Source: a virus
Direction: 5' to 3' (one strand)
Virus record (IMG/VR): IMGVR_UViG_3300025154_000049
Location: 94,518 to 158,517 of that record
DNA length: 64,000 bases
In this document: positions 18,946 to 28,898 of the stretch, in pieces
How positions within the stretch are numbered: position 1 is the stretch's first letter
Layout: every line of letters begins with the position of its first letter
Made by a program: the position numbers and the translations under genes
Notes under the pieces: model-generated
The model's input: the letters and a program-made list of their open reading frames with translations, nothing else
Told to the model about the DNA's origin: nothing
Database searches by the model: none

Positions 18946-19323
18946 CTATTTCATTCTTAAAACTAGAATTATTCCTGTAACTGTGAATATTGAGAAGAAG
19001 GCATACGAGAATAAAAACAATCCTACGGAGTTTATTAATCCTGAGGATATTCCCCAGAATAGAGACATTATAGGAAAGGCTATAAGAGCAATAATAGTAT
19101 ACACTATTCCAACAATCTTATGGGTTCTTATCTCATTTTTTATTCTTATTATTAGTTGTTCCTTAGAAGACCACCCATTTCCTACAAACCCTTCCACACT
19201 TTTAGCTATGGACAGAATCTTAAAAGCTTTCTCTTCTATTTTCTTTTCGTCTACAATTTTGGATTTCAGAAATTCCATTATTTCTGCTATTTTTTGTACT
19301 ACTATTAAAGATAGTTTAATCAT
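18946..19323 (-). CDS. membrane protein
   Basis: Two C-terminal TM segments. Confidence 0.6.
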   Translation of the reverse strand: MIKLSLIVVQKIAEIMEFLKSKIVDEKKIEEKAFKILSIAKSVEGFVGNGWSSKEQLIIRIKNEIRTHKIVGIVYTIIALIAFPIMSLFWGISSGLINSVGLFLFSYAFFSIFTVTGIILVLRMK

Positions 19324-19393
19324 TTTATTCTCCTTTTTAATTACCTACCTACATAATATCATAAATGTTATTATTTATCAAGTGTCTTCGAGA

Positions 19394-19636
19394 TTAATTA
19401 CTTAACTCTAACATGACTAAAATACTTTCTAGTTCATCTAAACTTTCAAATTCTTTTATTATATTACATCTCCAATCCTTTTTAATAGTTGATAACACGT
19501 CTTCTCTACTTTGACCCTCTAATAAAGTATTTGCTTCCTTATTTAAACCAACATCTAATGCTAAATAAACCTTGTTATCTTTAAATTCATAAACAACCAT
19601 AGCATCATTTAACCAACCTGTTAGTAAATAGCTCAT
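19394..19636 (-). CDS. MxEL-tag protein
   Basis: ends VMLELSN. Confidence 0.75.
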   Translation of the reverse strand: MSYLLTGWLNDAMVVYEFKDNKVYLALDVGLNKEANTLLEGQSREDVLSTIKKDWRCNIIKEFESLDELESILVMLELSN

Positions 19637-19899
19637 AGTGTCAATTCTTTCATTACATAGTATTTAAATATACATTCTTCAATTTCTTCCTTAGCTAGGA
19701 AAGACCAATCTATTAGTTGTTCCAAGCTTCGTTTACCATTACCACATTCAAGTAATTTATCTAGTCTTTCATCAGAAATACTCCAATTATTTTTACCTAA
19801 ATAACACGACAATATCCCAGACCAAACATTTAATCTATAAAAGGACTTATAATTATAACCATTGTCAAATAAATAATATACGTAGTCTATAGGTTTCAT
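19633..19899 (-). CDS. MxEL-tag protein
   Basis: ends VMKELTL. Confidence 0.75.
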   Translation of the reverse strand: MKPIDYVYYLFDNGYNYKSFYRLNVWSGILSCYLGKNNWSISDERLDKLLECGNGKRSLEQLIDWSFLAKEEIEECIFKYYVMKELTL

Positions 19900-20135
19900 A
19901 AAGTTAGTTCCAACATAGTAAGCATGATATTTACTCTATTCTCATCTTCTATTACTTCTCTTTTAATACCCTTTTTAGCCAGATATAACATATCATCATA
20001 AGATTTTACCCACATTCCATCATCCTGCAATTTTTTATTAGAATAACGCTCAAAGAATACATATTTACCTTTTTCGTAAAAATATGTAGTATGCTTGATT
20101 CCTTCTATTATTTCTATAGTAATAAATCTTCTCAT
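19896..20135 (-). CDS. MxEL-tag protein
   Basis: ends TMLELTL. Confidence 0.75.
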   Translation of the reverse strand: MRRFITIEIIEGIKHTTYFYEKGKYVFFERYSNKKLQDDGMWVKSYDDMLYLAKKGIKREVIEDENRVNIMLTMLELTL

Positions 20136-20353
20136 TTTATCATCTTATTCAAATTATCTAACAAGGATTTTATAACTGGGTCTTCATCTCTTTCGTTATC
20201 ATTTTCTTGAATTAATTCTTTCATCATATCTGTTTTCAGCTTGATATTCTTCTCCCTAATATCGATATAGATATTTATAACGAGGGGTACCCCAACACAA
20301 GCCAATGTCATTATTATATAAACAGCAACTCCTATTCCGAAAGCTTCCATCAT
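20132..20353 (-). CDS. TM protein with subterminal tag
   Basis: TM segment, then MMKELIQ. Confidence 0.65.
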   Translation of the reverse strand: MMEAFGIGVAVYIIMTLACVGVPLVINIYIDIREKNIKLKTDMMKELIQENDNERDEDPVIKSLLDNLNKMIK

Positions 20354-20631
20354 CTCCAATACCACTCATCCCAGACTTCTGATTCGTCTTGTGTCAATTC
20401 ATTCATCATTCTTCTCTTAAGCATATCATTTTTGTATTTTCTTTCTTGTATCCAAAAATTAAGCATACTTATTCCCACAGTAGTAAAACATACTACCCAA
20501 GCCCCTATATGAGCTTTTTCACTATGCAGAGAATTAAGATATGCTATTATGGTACAACTAATAACACATTGTATTAAATTACCGTATTTCTTTATTTTTT
20601 CAATTTGTTTTTCGTTGAAAGTTCGTAACAT
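20350..20631 (-). CDS. TM protein with subterminal tag
   Basis: Two TM segments, then MMNELTQ. Confidence 0.65.
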   Translation of the reverse strand: MLRTFNEKQIEKIKKYGNLIQCVISCTIIAYLNSLHSEKAHIGAWVVCFTTVGISMLNFWIQERKYKNDMLKRRMMNELTQDESEVWDEWYWR

Positions 20632-20891
20632 GTTTTAATTAATTCTAACTCCTTCTGTTTTTTCTCATAAAGGTATTTAATAAATTCCAGAGTATTTTTA
20701 TCACTTGAAACTATGTTGACGTGAATACCAAATCCATCCGAACAAAATGGTTCGTAGTCATAAACCACATAACTATTGTATTTACTTTTCCATTCAACTT
20801 TTTCTATACTTGCATTTTCTTGACCCACTAGATTAATCAAATCATCAAGAACTTTCTTATCGGGCACTTCAATTTCTAAACTATGTGTCAT
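20592..20891 (-). CDS. hypothetical protein
   Basis: GAGG RBS; first gene after the 20997 promoter. Confidence 0.65.
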   Translation of the reverse strand: MTHSLEIEVPDKKVLDDLINLVGQENASIEKVEWKSKYNSYVVYDYEPFCSDGFGIHVNIVSSDKNTLEFIKYLYEKKQKELELIKTCYELSTKNKLKK

Positions 20892-20996
20892 TTAAATACC
20901 TCTTATCTCATATACCTTTTTGAATATAAGATATAGGATACGAAAGAATAGCTCCTACTATATGAGGTATCGTTGCGTATCCCCTACCTATTTATA

Positions 20997-21058
20997 ATAC
21001 TACCATAAAAAGAGAGAGCCGTCAAGACTCTCACTGTAAATATTAAATTATTGTTACA
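20997..21058 (-). promoter_or_regulatory. terminator-fused promoter plus operator
   Basis: GAGAGTC-TTGAC-GGCTCTC hairpin; TTGACG-17-TAGTAT; operator 15 bp upstream. Confidence 0.7.
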
Positions 21059-21060
21059 AT

Positions 21061-21309
21061 TTATTTTAATGTGGCTATTCGGGAACCATCACTGAAACCA
21101 AATTTCTTTTCTTCATTATTCTTAGTTGCTTCTTCGACTTGTCTTTTCTCTGCCTTCTCCGCAAAGAAAATCATTTCGTCTAACAACTGTTCCGCATATC
21201 CTCCCTCTTTAGCCTCTAGTAGCCACTTTGAAATTTTCTTATCATAAGCTTCAATCTCGCTGGAAGCTCTGAATTCTAATATTCCTTTTAGAAAATCCGA
21301 CAATTCCAA
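21061..21309 (-). CDS. hypothetical protein
   Basis: ORF track, AAGGAG RBS. Confidence 0.6.
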   Translation of the reverse strand: MELSDFLKGILEFRASSEIEAYDKKISKWLLEAKEGGYAEQLLDEMIFFAEKAEKRQVEEATKNNEEKKFGFSDGSRIATLK

Positions 21310-21315
21310 TCTCCT

Positions 21316-21582
21316 TTAACTATTAATCTGTTTCAATTCTTTTGGAGGATTTTTAAGAGTCTCCAGTTTTGTACTGTATCTGTTGAAGGGGTGAGAACGA
21401 AACACAGTCTTACCTTCTTTAAGTTCTTCCACATTATCTATCTTAGTGAATCTTGTCCAAGTACCATCACTATTTTCATAGATAACCATGTCGTCGAGAT
21501 TTTCTTCTAATCTTGATTTTTCTTCTCCGAGTTTATCCATCTCATCTTTTATTTGTTTTAATCTTTCAACTTTATCTTTCAT
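21316..21582 (-). CDS. hypothetical protein
   Basis: ORF track. Confidence 0.65.
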   Translation of the reverse strand: MKDKVERLKQIKDEMDKLGEEKSRLEENLDDMVIYENSDGTWTRFTKIDNVEELKEGKTVFRSHPFNRYSTKLETLKNPPKELKQINS

Positions 21583-21723
21583 GTTCTTCCTCTACTTTTT
21601 TGTAGGGTTTGCTTCCGAGCATCTTATGAAATAACCAAGGAGCTAGACCCCAAGGTAAACTTATTTTATAAAATTCACAAAAGTCCCAAATATATGACCA
21701 GATATTATTCTTAAAAGTAAACA

Positions 21724-22023
21724 TTAATCTCTTAATATTCCTATAATATCTCTTTCAGTAATAATCTTATATGGTTTATGGTCTACTTTTATTTCAACAC
21801 CAGCCATTCTATTAAATACAACTGTATCTCCTACCGAGACTTCAGGTTCAATTCTAGCACCATTGCTAAGAACTAGACCAGTTCCTACAGCTATAACTTT
21901 AGCTTTCTGAGTTGTTTCTCTTTTATTTGTAGATTCTGGTAGAACAATTCCACCTTGGGAGACAGCTTCGCCATCAAAAGGTTCAATAATAATTCTATCA
22001 CCTATTGGTTGTAATTCTGACAT
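21724..22023 (-). CDS. groES: co-chaperonin GroES
   Basis: LQPIGDRII, SQGGIVLP, VIAVGTG, VGDTVVF, ERDIIG. Confidence 0.95.
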   Translation of the reverse strand: MSELQPIGDRIIIEPFDGEAVSQGGIVLPESTNKRETTQKAKVIAVGTGLVLSNGARIEPEVSVGDTVVFNRMAGVEIKVDHKPYKIITERDIIGILRD

Positions 22024-22055
22024 AGTAATTTCCTTTCATACTAATATACTTCTAC

Positions 22056-22084
22056 ATTATACCATTTTGTGATTCTATTGTCAA
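22056..22084 (-). promoter_or_regulatory. sigma70 promoter of groES
   Basis: TTGACA-17-TATAAT. Confidence 0.85.
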
Positions 22085-22086
22085 TC

Positions 22087-22476
22087 CTATAATTCTTCTA
22101 TCTTTAGTTTAAATTTTTCTTCAAACCAATCAGCAAATATTCTTCTATGACAAAATTTATTCTTACCCTCATAGCAAAGAAAAAGATAAAGAGTTTTCTC
22201 CTTGTGCATTTGTTTTATTATATTTAATACTGCTCTGCCATCAGTAGAAGTTTCAAAATATTTTTCAATTCCTTTTATATACATTTCTTTAAATTTATCT
22301 TTATTTATTGCTTCTGCTTTATGTAGATTAAATAAGGTTTCAGAAGGGTATAAACAGGGAAGTTTCCTAGCTTTATCTGTAATTTCTCCTCTAGGGAAAG
22401 TCCTAGAAATTATAAATAATATTGTTTCTTTTGGAAATTTTCTCCAGTTAGCGTAATAGGATGTACAGATAGTCAT
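22087..22476 (-). CDS. DUF488-like protein
   Basis: TSYY, LYPS, FLCYE...FCHRRIFADW. Confidence 0.7.
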   Translation of the reverse strand: MTICTSYYANWRKFPKETILFIISRTFPRGEITDKARKLPCLYPSETLFNLHKAEAINKDKFKEMYIKGIEKYFETSTDGRAVLNIIKQMHKEKTLYLFLCYEGKNKFCHRRIFADWFEEKFKLKIEEL

Positions 22477-22479
22477 GGA

Positions 22480-22728
22480 TTAGTCCTTATGAAATTTATT
22501 ACAATTACCACAATATTTATGTTGTACGTCCATTGGATGATAAGAAGTTTTATTGCAGATTAGACAAGTTATCCTAGGCATAAATCTTAGGGTAGAACCT
22601 GCCATATCTATGAAATATGTTTTTTTATTTTCCACAGCTCTTCTCCTAGGAATATTATATATCCACGATATTAGATATAAAAATGATATAGAAAATATTA
22701 ATAAGAATAGTATAAAACTAGATATCAT
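22480..22728 (-). CDS. TM plus Zn-ribbon protein
   Basis: CLIC...YCGNC. Confidence 0.6.
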   Translation of the reverse strand: MISSFILFLLIFSISFLYLISWIYNIPRRRAVENKKTYFIDMAGSTLRFMPRITCLICNKTSYHPMDVQHKYCGNCNKFHKD

Positions 22729-22928
22729 GATACTAACTCCCTTAATGTCATATAAGATAAGAAATGGTCTTCATCTATTTCCTCTAACGACGTATAGGCT
22801 GATTTCATTGGTATACCAGAATGCTCCCAACTATGTTTAACTTCGTCCCAAAAGTATAGAAATCCAGTTGGAGAAGTCCTATAATAGGAGGAGCCTAAAT
22901 TAGTTGTATATTTAAAATATTTAGCCAC
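22725..22928 (-). CDS. tag protein
   Basis: ends TLRELVS. Confidence 0.75.
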   Translation of the reverse strand: MAKYFKYTTNLGSSYYRTSPTGFLYFWDEVKHSWEHSGIPMKSAYTSLEEIDEDHFLSYMTLRELVS

Positions 22929-23211
22929 TCACAAGTTCTCTCATTATTTTTAATTTTTCTATATCATGAGTATTGTCTATTATTTTATAACCCATGTGAA
23001 CTTCTAAAAAATTTCTTTTACCATAATTTTTAATATCACCGTTATGATTAATTATATACCAACCATTAGATGTATAGTTTCCAGTATAACTACTTACATT
23101 ACATTTAATTAACCTAGCTAAATAATTTCCTTCTATCTTAATTATCATGACTTTACCATCTGGGTCATGAACTAAGTAGAAAGGTTTTCTTCTAAGACTT
23201 TCATCAGGCAT
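22921..23211 (-). CDS. tag protein
   Basis: ends IMRELVSG. Confidence 0.75.
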   Translation of the reverse strand: MPDESLRRKPFYLVHDPDGKVMIIKIEGNYLARLIKCNVSSYTGNYTSNGWYIINHNGDIKNYGKRNFLEVHMGYKIIDNTHDIEKLKIMRELVSG

Positions 23212-23470
23212 TTATATCACCTACTAATTCTTTCATAGCATGATAAGCTCGTATCTCATCTTTACACTGTTCTCTTGTAAGTTCTACAACGTGTCTATCT
23301 CCGAGAGGAGGAACACTATGAAAAGAAGTACACCAGCCGTTTAAATCATAACGATACATCATAGTATCAAATATCTTAGGATACTTTTCTCGGTCGTCTG
23401 GATAAATCATATAATATTCCCAGATACCCCAGATGGTACAATATCTTTTACAGAATCTAACTCTGTCCAT
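23204..23470 (-). CDS. tag protein
   Basis: ends AMKELVGDINA. Confidence 0.7.
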   Translation of the reverse strand: MDRVRFCKRYCTIWGIWEYYMIYPDDREKYPKIFDTMMYRYDLNGWCTSFHSVPPLGDRHVVELTREQCKDEIRAYHAMKELVGDINA

Positions 23471-23987
23471 CTTTTTTCTTTCTAGTTCTTTTAGGCTTAG
23501 GAGGATTATCTCTTTTCCAAAGATACTCTGACAAAGAATAATAATCTCTACAGTATACTTGGTCTGGGTCTATTTCTTTCTTTTCACAATCTTTTATAAA
23601 TTCTTTAATACAATTTTCATAAAATTGAAATTCTCTGGGATATTTCTCTTGTTTATATCTAAACATTTCTATGTGGGTGGGAATTTTAACATCTATTGGT
23701 TTTGCATCCATTATTATTTCCACTTCGACTATTTCTAGTTCATCTGCTTTGTAATAATGAGTAGGAGTAGCATAGTCAGCATTATACCACTCAGTAGAGT
23801 TATGTCTTACCCATTCTGCATGTTCAGGAGTCATAGACATCCAACAATTTATATTGTCATTATCCACTTCTAGGATATATTGAAATTCTCCACAGAAATC
23901 TCCTCCTTCGTTAGAGGATAATCTTACTTTTAAGAATTCGTTCTTAGCTTTATGTCTTAATCTATATTCTTTCACGGTTCCTGCCAA
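23457..23987 (-). CDS. hypothetical protein
   Basis: ORF track. Confidence 0.65.
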   Translation of the reverse strand: MAGTVKEYRLRHKAKNEFLKVRLSSNEGGDFCGEFQYILEVDNDNINCWMSMTPEHAEWVRHNSTEWYNADYATPTHYYKADELEIVEVEIIMDAKPIDVKIPTHIEMFRYKQEKYPREFQFYENCIKEFIKDCEKKEIDPDQVYCRDYYSLSEYLWKRDNPPKPKRTRKKKDGQS

Positions 23988-24083
23988 TCTTCACAAAACT
24001 CTTGTTCTGGGTCAGTAACATTGTCGCCCACAGAACAAGTACCATCTAAATAGTATTTACAATTTTTACAACAAAGTTTCATA

Positions 24084-24290
24084 CTATTCCTTGTAAGTAA
24101 TAAAGAAAGTTACGATATAGGAGTTAGCTTGATTGTAAGGAGATTTAATTCCTTCTATATTACTTTGTATTCCCAGTATCGATTCCTCTGGGATATTAAA
24201 TCTAGTTAATATTTCGTTCAAAGTCTCCGTAAGATTTTCATTATTAACATGATTCTTTACATTTACCGCTTCTTTTACAACTTTAATCAC
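24084..24290 (-). CDS. hypothetical protein
   Basis: ORF track. Confidence 0.6.
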   Translation of the reverse strand: MIKVVKEAVNVKNHVNNENLTETLNEILTRFNIPEESILGIQSNIEGIKSPYNQANSYIVTFFITYKE

Positions 24291-24559
24291 AGGGTCTCCT
24301 CTATTAATTCACTCATAACTCTTTGTACATCACGTTTTTCATATTGAGATGCTTTGATATCTACTACCTCATCGAGAATTCCATACATCCACATTTCATT
24401 AAACAAGTCTAATCCATAATAATCGAGCTGGTATCTCATAGCTTCTGCTATGTGTTCTTTTTCTCTTGGAGGAAGAGTTTTATAATCTTCAGAGAAACTA
24501 TTCATATTACTTATTGTGATTAACGGTAACACTATAACTAAACATCTCCGATAGAACAA
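24287..24559 (-). CDS. tag protein (start uncertain)
   Basis: ends VMSELIEETL. Confidence 0.6.
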   Translation of the reverse strand: MFYRRCLVIVLPLITISNMNSFSEDYKTLPPREKEHIAEAMRYQLDYYGLDLFNEMWMYGILDEVVDIKASQYEKRDVQRVMSELIEETL

Positions 24560-24693
24560 ACATTGCTAAGAAGGGATGTAAGTTAAAATAATGGAATAGT
24601 CCATTTACTGTTAAACCATTAAAACTTAAAGTACTGTCAAATGCTATTATCAACAATAAGATAAACATTTTTACTCCTTTTAATTAGTACTCT

Positions 24694-25170
24694 CTATAGT
24701 ATAATAGCTACGATACTAAATGTCAATACTAAAACTATAAATATTAAGATAAGTGAAGCTATAATTTTAGCAGGTTTATTTTCTATTCTATAATCTTCCT
24801 CTTCTACCACAATATGTCCTCTGACCTCCTCGGCATGTTTTCTTTTTTGTTCCAATATATCTAAATGTTTTTGTTCTAACTTATAAGTAGTTACAAAATA
24901 TCTAGTATCACCTTTGCCCTTACAGACAATAACAATATCCTTGTTTCTACATTTAACTTTATATATTCTAGTTGTCTTACCAAATCTATTTATTAATTCG
25001 GCATTCCCAGTATCAATCTGGGAGAACATATCATCAATGTCTAATTTAGATAAATTGATTCCGTGTCTTCCTTGAAATCGATTCATAAGGTGAAGAAGTC
25101 GATTTCTTTGGGGGGTCTTATCCTTATTAGCGAATAAGTACTGTGAATTTGTTTTTCTCTTGTTGCTCAT
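24694..25170 (-). CDS. hypothetical protein with C-terminal TM
   Basis: ORF track. Confidence 0.65.
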   Translation of the reverse strand: MSNKRKTNSQYLFANKDKTPQRNRLLHLMNRFQGRHGINLSKLDIDDMFSQIDTGNAELINRFGKTTRIYKVKCRNKDIVIVCKGKGDTRYFVTTYKLEQKHLDILEQKRKHAEEVRGHIVVEEEDYRIENKPAKIIASLILIFIVLVLTFSIVAIIL

Positions 25171-25214
25171 GATACCAACTCTTTCATATATAAAAATCTA
25201 CCTATTTCTTTCAA
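25167..25214 (-). CDS. 15-aa tag-only mini-ORF or remnant
   Basis: TTG-KEIGRFLYMKELVS-TGA, overlapping both neighbours. Confidence 0.45.
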   Translation of the reverse strand: MKEIGRFLYMKELVS

Positions 25215-25447
25215 GCTGTTAGCTCCCTTATCATTTTTACAGAATCTATAAAGATTAGACATTCTTCTTCTGTTATTTCATTAACATACATATCGGGAAT
25301 ATAATTAGATATAGTCTTTTCAATATTATTTATAAAACACCACTCTTCATATTTAAAGTTGTAAAAATAAAGAAACTTATTATCTCCATATAATTTATAG
25401 AAGACTTCAGGATTCGCTTTACTTTTAAAATATTTTATATGACTCAT
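25211..25447 (-). CDS. tag protein
   Basis: ends MIRELTA. Confidence 0.75.
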   Translation of the reverse strand: MSHIKYFKSKANPEVFYKLYGDNKFLYFYNFKYEEWCFINNIEKTISNYIPDMYVNEITEEECLIFIDSVKMIRELTA

Positions 25448-25746
25448 CCGATTAGTTCATTCATAGCTAATAAACTGTCTATCTCTTCTTCTGTTATTTC
25501 ATACATATCGTCGTTATCTATTAAACTGTTTATAAAACATTTATACAAGTCTTTACTAACTTCATTGTTGTATATTTCAATACCACATCTTTTACCTTTG
25601 ACATAATATCCAACACCGACCCATTCGTCTGTTTTGGGATTAAAGACTATAGCCACTTTACTATTCGTGGCAGGTTCATAATAGAATTTACTGTTAAACT
25701 CGTCCCTTTTAGGAATATGATTAAGTTTTATCATTATCTTCTCCAA
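25444..25746 (-). CDS. tag protein
   Basis: ends AMNELIG. Confidence 0.75.
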   Translation of the reverse strand: MEKIMIKLNHIPKRDEFNSKFYYEPATNSKVAIVFNPKTDEWVGVGYYVKGKRCGIEIYNNEVSKDLYKCFINSLIDNDDMYEITEEEIDSLLAMNELIG

Positions 25747-26086
25747 ATAAATATCTTATTGGAATTTTAACAGCATCCGCTATACCTTCACGTATTTTAT
25801 TTAATTGACTGAGTTCAAAAAAGTTTTCTTCTTTAGGTTTGGATACTAATTCTACCATTACAAGAACAGCTTCTATTTCCTCTTCGGTTAGTTCAAAAGT
25901 AGTCAATGGATTAGCTTGTAAAAAATTTACAAACTCGTAATCCATATAAGATGACCTACACCATTCACCGTCTTTAAGAATACATATTGTATTAGAAGTA
26001 CGAAAGTTAGCCCCACATCTTCTATAGAAGACGGGACTATCTTCATCATTGTTATATACACTTTTATAATATTTATATTCTTCCAT
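25721..26086 (-). CDS. protein with internal tag and extension
   Basis: ELTEEEIEAVLVMVELVS followed by about 38 aa. Confidence 0.7.
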   Translation of the reverse strand: MEEYKYYKSVYNNDEDSPVFYRRCGANFRTSNTICILKDGEWCRSSYMDYEFVNFLQANPLTTFELTEEEIEAVLVMVELVSKPKEENFFELSQLNKIREGIADAVKIPIRYLFGEDNDKT

Positions 26087-26237
26087 TAAATTTAGTTCTC
26101 ATCTTATTATTCAGAATCCAATTCTTTTCTTACTTTTTCTACCAAGGGTTTAACCAAGTGATACACTCCCATCTTCTTAGCCATTGATTCTAATTCACTT
26201 ACTAAAACTCGGATAACTCTTTCTAACTTTTCTACGT

Positions 26238-26504
26238 TCATCCTATTAACTCCATCATACTTTGTTGTACTATACATTCTTCTTCAGTTATAAGCTCTGA
26301 GGTATAACTAGAATGATAATGTTTATTATATCCAGCCTCTGCTAATAAGTCAAACAAATTATACCACTCAAAACAAATAGCCCATTGTTTACCCGTCCAT
26401 ACACGAAATATACTTTTATGGATAGTTGGGGTATATTGTATTAATTTAATCTTATTTATTTTATAATCTACCATAGTAACTTTAAAATATTTAACCACAG
26501 ACAT
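26238..26504 (-). CDS. tag protein
   Basis: ends SMMELIG. Confidence 0.75.
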   Translation of the reverse strand: MSVVKYFKVTMVDYKINKIKLIQYTPTIHKSIFRVWTGKQWAICFEWYNLFDLLAEAGYNKHYHSSYTSELITEEECIVQQSMMELIG

Positions 26505-26599
26505 TAGTTGCTACCTAATAATTTTATTAAAAATAACATTCCTACAATACATGCCATCATACCCAACATCTGTAATGGTACTAAGATTAATGCTTCCAT

Positions 26600-26806
26600 T
26601 TATTCTTTCTCCAATTCTTTTGTTATATTTTCTAAGAGTTCTGAGTCCTCTATATTAAACACATTTCTTTTAGGGTCGAGATTAGAAATTATTTGTCCGA
26701 CTCTCAGATAGGGATGCTTGCGTTTGTACTGTCTCAATTTATTGAACAGTTCGTCTATCTTCTCTTCATTGAATCTAAAGTTGTAATCTTCTTCGTGTTT
26801 TTTCAT
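26600..26806 (-). CDS. hypothetical protein
   Basis: HPYLRVGQII motif. Confidence 0.6.
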   Translation of the reverse strand: MKKHEEDYNFRFNEEKIDELFNKLRQYKRKHPYLRVGQIISNLDPKRNVFNIEDSELLENITKELEKE

Positions 26807-27123
26807 TCTTCACAAGCTCCGTTTTCCCAGTCGGCTATTATTAGTTTACTTCCAACTTTATTTTTGACACAAGTACTTGTATGAGATTCTGTATAGACAT
26901 CTTTATCGGTAGCTATAACACAGTAATCTCCATCTAGGAAAGAACGACCATAGGTTATAGACTTAACAATTTCTGGATAAGTTCTTTCTTTTAATATTAG
27001 ACATTCTTTAGGCACGTGCTCTATCCCGAAATTGTTAAGTCTATAACCTAATAGAAAAAATATTAACCCAAGTATAACACTAGCTCCACTGTCATCATTT
27101 CCGATATTTCTTTTAATTCCCAT
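26803..27123 (-). CDS. membrane-anchored protein
   Basis: N-terminal TM. Confidence 0.6.
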   Translation of the reverse strand: MGIKRNIGNDDSGASVILGLIFFLLGYRLNNFGIEHVPKECLILKERTYPEIVKSITYGRSFLDGDYCVIATDKDVYTESHTSTCVKNKVGSKLIIADWENGACEE

Positions 27124-27185
27124 AGTATTTCTCCTTTTATATAATCATAGCATAATTATAACAATAAGTAAAGTATTTATTAAGA

Positions 27186-27476
27186 TTAATTTACAAGTTC
27201 CTCCATACTACGGACAGCAACCATTTCGTCTTCAGACATTTCAAATACCATGAAATCGTTCCAGAACCAATAGAAATTCCCTAGAGTTTTACTTCTTTCA
27301 AAGTCGTGGGGCTTATCAAAAGTTTCACTAAGGTTTACATAGTGTTTTTGTTCTTTTCCAGTTATAAAAATATTTTTATAAAAGCCATGTTTATGTTGGA
27401 CGTAATAGTATTTATCGTCCCGCATGTCATACTTATAACCTTTTTCTTTACTGTCGTCAGAATATATTCTTATCAT
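27186..27476 (-). CDS. tag protein
   Basis: ends SMEELVN. Confidence 0.75.
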   Translation of the reverse strand: MIRIYSDDSKEKGYKYDMRDDKYYYVQHKHGFYKNIFITGKEQKHYVNLSETFDKPHDFERSKTLGNFYWFWNDFMVFEMSEDEMVAVRSMEELVN

Positions 27477-27703
27477 GAAGTTAGCTCCTGCATAGCTAAA
27501 TAAGCAAAGTATTCTTCTTCTGTAGCTTCCCTGTATTGACCATAATAGTGTTTTAATAATTCTTCTAGGGTATAGCTGTTACTTTTATGTAAGTAACCTA
27601 TTTCATTTGCATAGTAGAGTCTGCCATCCTTTTCAACATAAAATTCAAAATATCTGGCACCTTCATCAATAGGGAAGTCTTCTCTTATCCTAGCATATCT
27701 CAT
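27473..27703 (-). CDS. tag protein
   Basis: ends AMQELTS. Confidence 0.75.
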   Translation of the reverse strand: MRYARIREDFPIDEGARYFEFYVEKDGRLYYANEIGYLHKSNSYTLEELLKHYYGQYREATEEEYFAYLAMQELTS

Positions 27704-28032
27704 GATATTAATTCTCTCATCATTAATAAAGAACGTAACTCTTCTTCTGGATTATCCGTTTCTGGTTCGTAAAGAACTCCCTCATATTTTTGACATTCGT
27801 GTGGATGATTACTGTCATGAAGATAGCATTCCCAATTGTCTTCATTTATAAATTTGAAAGTTCCTGTCTGATGCCAAATACCATTATAGTCTCTCTTAGA
27901 CTCTATTTGATAAGAAACTAATTTGAGTCTTTTTATTAAGATGGCTTTTTCAAACTCTTCATACAAAAGATAATATGTTTTATTATAATCAAAGCTCCAA
28001 GCCTTTCTTAATAAGTCATCTATCTTTTTCAT
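27700..28032 (-). CDS. tag protein
   Basis: ends MMRELIS. Confidence 0.75.
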   Translation of the reverse strand: MKKIDDLLRKAWSFDYNKTYYLLYEEFEKAILIKRLKLVSYQIESKRDYNGIWHQTGTFKFINEDNWECYLHDSNHPHECQKYEGVLYEPETDNPEEELRSLLMMRELIS

Positions 28033-28262
28033 TTTGTAAGTTCTTTCATATATCTTCCTAAGTCTACTTTAGCATTTATCTCTTCAGAAGTCAATCCCCT
28101 ATCAATAAGTTCTTTTTCTATAATCTCATAGTAACATTCTAAATCATAGTACTCTCTATTCATATAAGAACTCATACCAGATAACTCATTATCTATCCAA
28201 ACTAAATCAGATAATAAACTATCACTTGTCTGTTCTTCTATGTCTTGTAACATATTAGGCAC
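28029..28262 (-). CDS. tag protein
   Basis: ends YMKELTK. Confidence 0.75.
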   Translation of the reverse strand: MPNMLQDIEEQTSDSLLSDLVWIDNELSGMSSYMNREYYDLECYYEIIEKELIDRGLTSEEINAKVDLGRYMKELTK

Positions 28263-28800
28263 CTATAAGTTCTTCCATAGCATGAAGACTTCTTAGAGCA
28301 TCCTCGAATTTACAATATATTCTAGGAAGAGTCTTTATAAAATTAAAAACCTCAGACCCAGCTAAACTTGGATGACTAAAAGCATAATCCCAACTATTCA
28401 TATACCTGTCATTATTTCTACCAGTATAATATTCTATATTTTTACCATAAGAATCAAACCTAACTAGGTAATTTTTATCTTTAATGTTAGCTAGAATATA
28501 CTCTTCTCCAAGACCTAATTTTCTAGCAATATCATGTTCACATTCTACCCTATAGTATATATTCCAAATGTTATTAATGCCAGATAACCATTCATCTAAT
28601 TCTTTAGAAGTCTTGTTAGGTTTATAAATATTATCCATAGTACTGTCCCTATCGATAGAAGTATCAGAGACATTACCCTCTTTATCATATAAATAATGAG
28701 ATGCAATAGCAGAGAACTCAAGACCTTTTTCATTCTTAATTAATTCGTAGTATTCTTGGTCTACTGTGTATATGTTATGTACTACACGAGAACTTTTCAT
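28255..28800 (-). CDS. tag protein
   Basis: ends AMEELIGA. Confidence 0.75.
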   Translation of the reverse strand: MKSSRVVHNIYTVDQEYYELIKNEKGLEFSAIASHYLYDKEGNVSDTSIDRDSTMDNIYKPNKTSKELDEWLSGINNIWNIYYRVECEHDIARKLGLGEEYILANIKDKNYLVRFDSYGKNIEYYTGRNNDRYMNSWDYAFSHPSLAGSEVFNFIKTLPRIYCKFEDALRSLHAMEELIGA

Positions 28801-28898
28801 TAGTTAGTAAGCTCCAACATCATGTATGTCCGACCAATGTATAGTAGCTTCGATGGGTTCCTCATATTCTTCTTCGTTATTAATCATAGCTTATCTCC

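Noticed and set aside
20974-20985. 12-nt inverted match (TGCGTATCCCCT) with the 56671-56756 element
   Set aside because: Too short to exclude chance.
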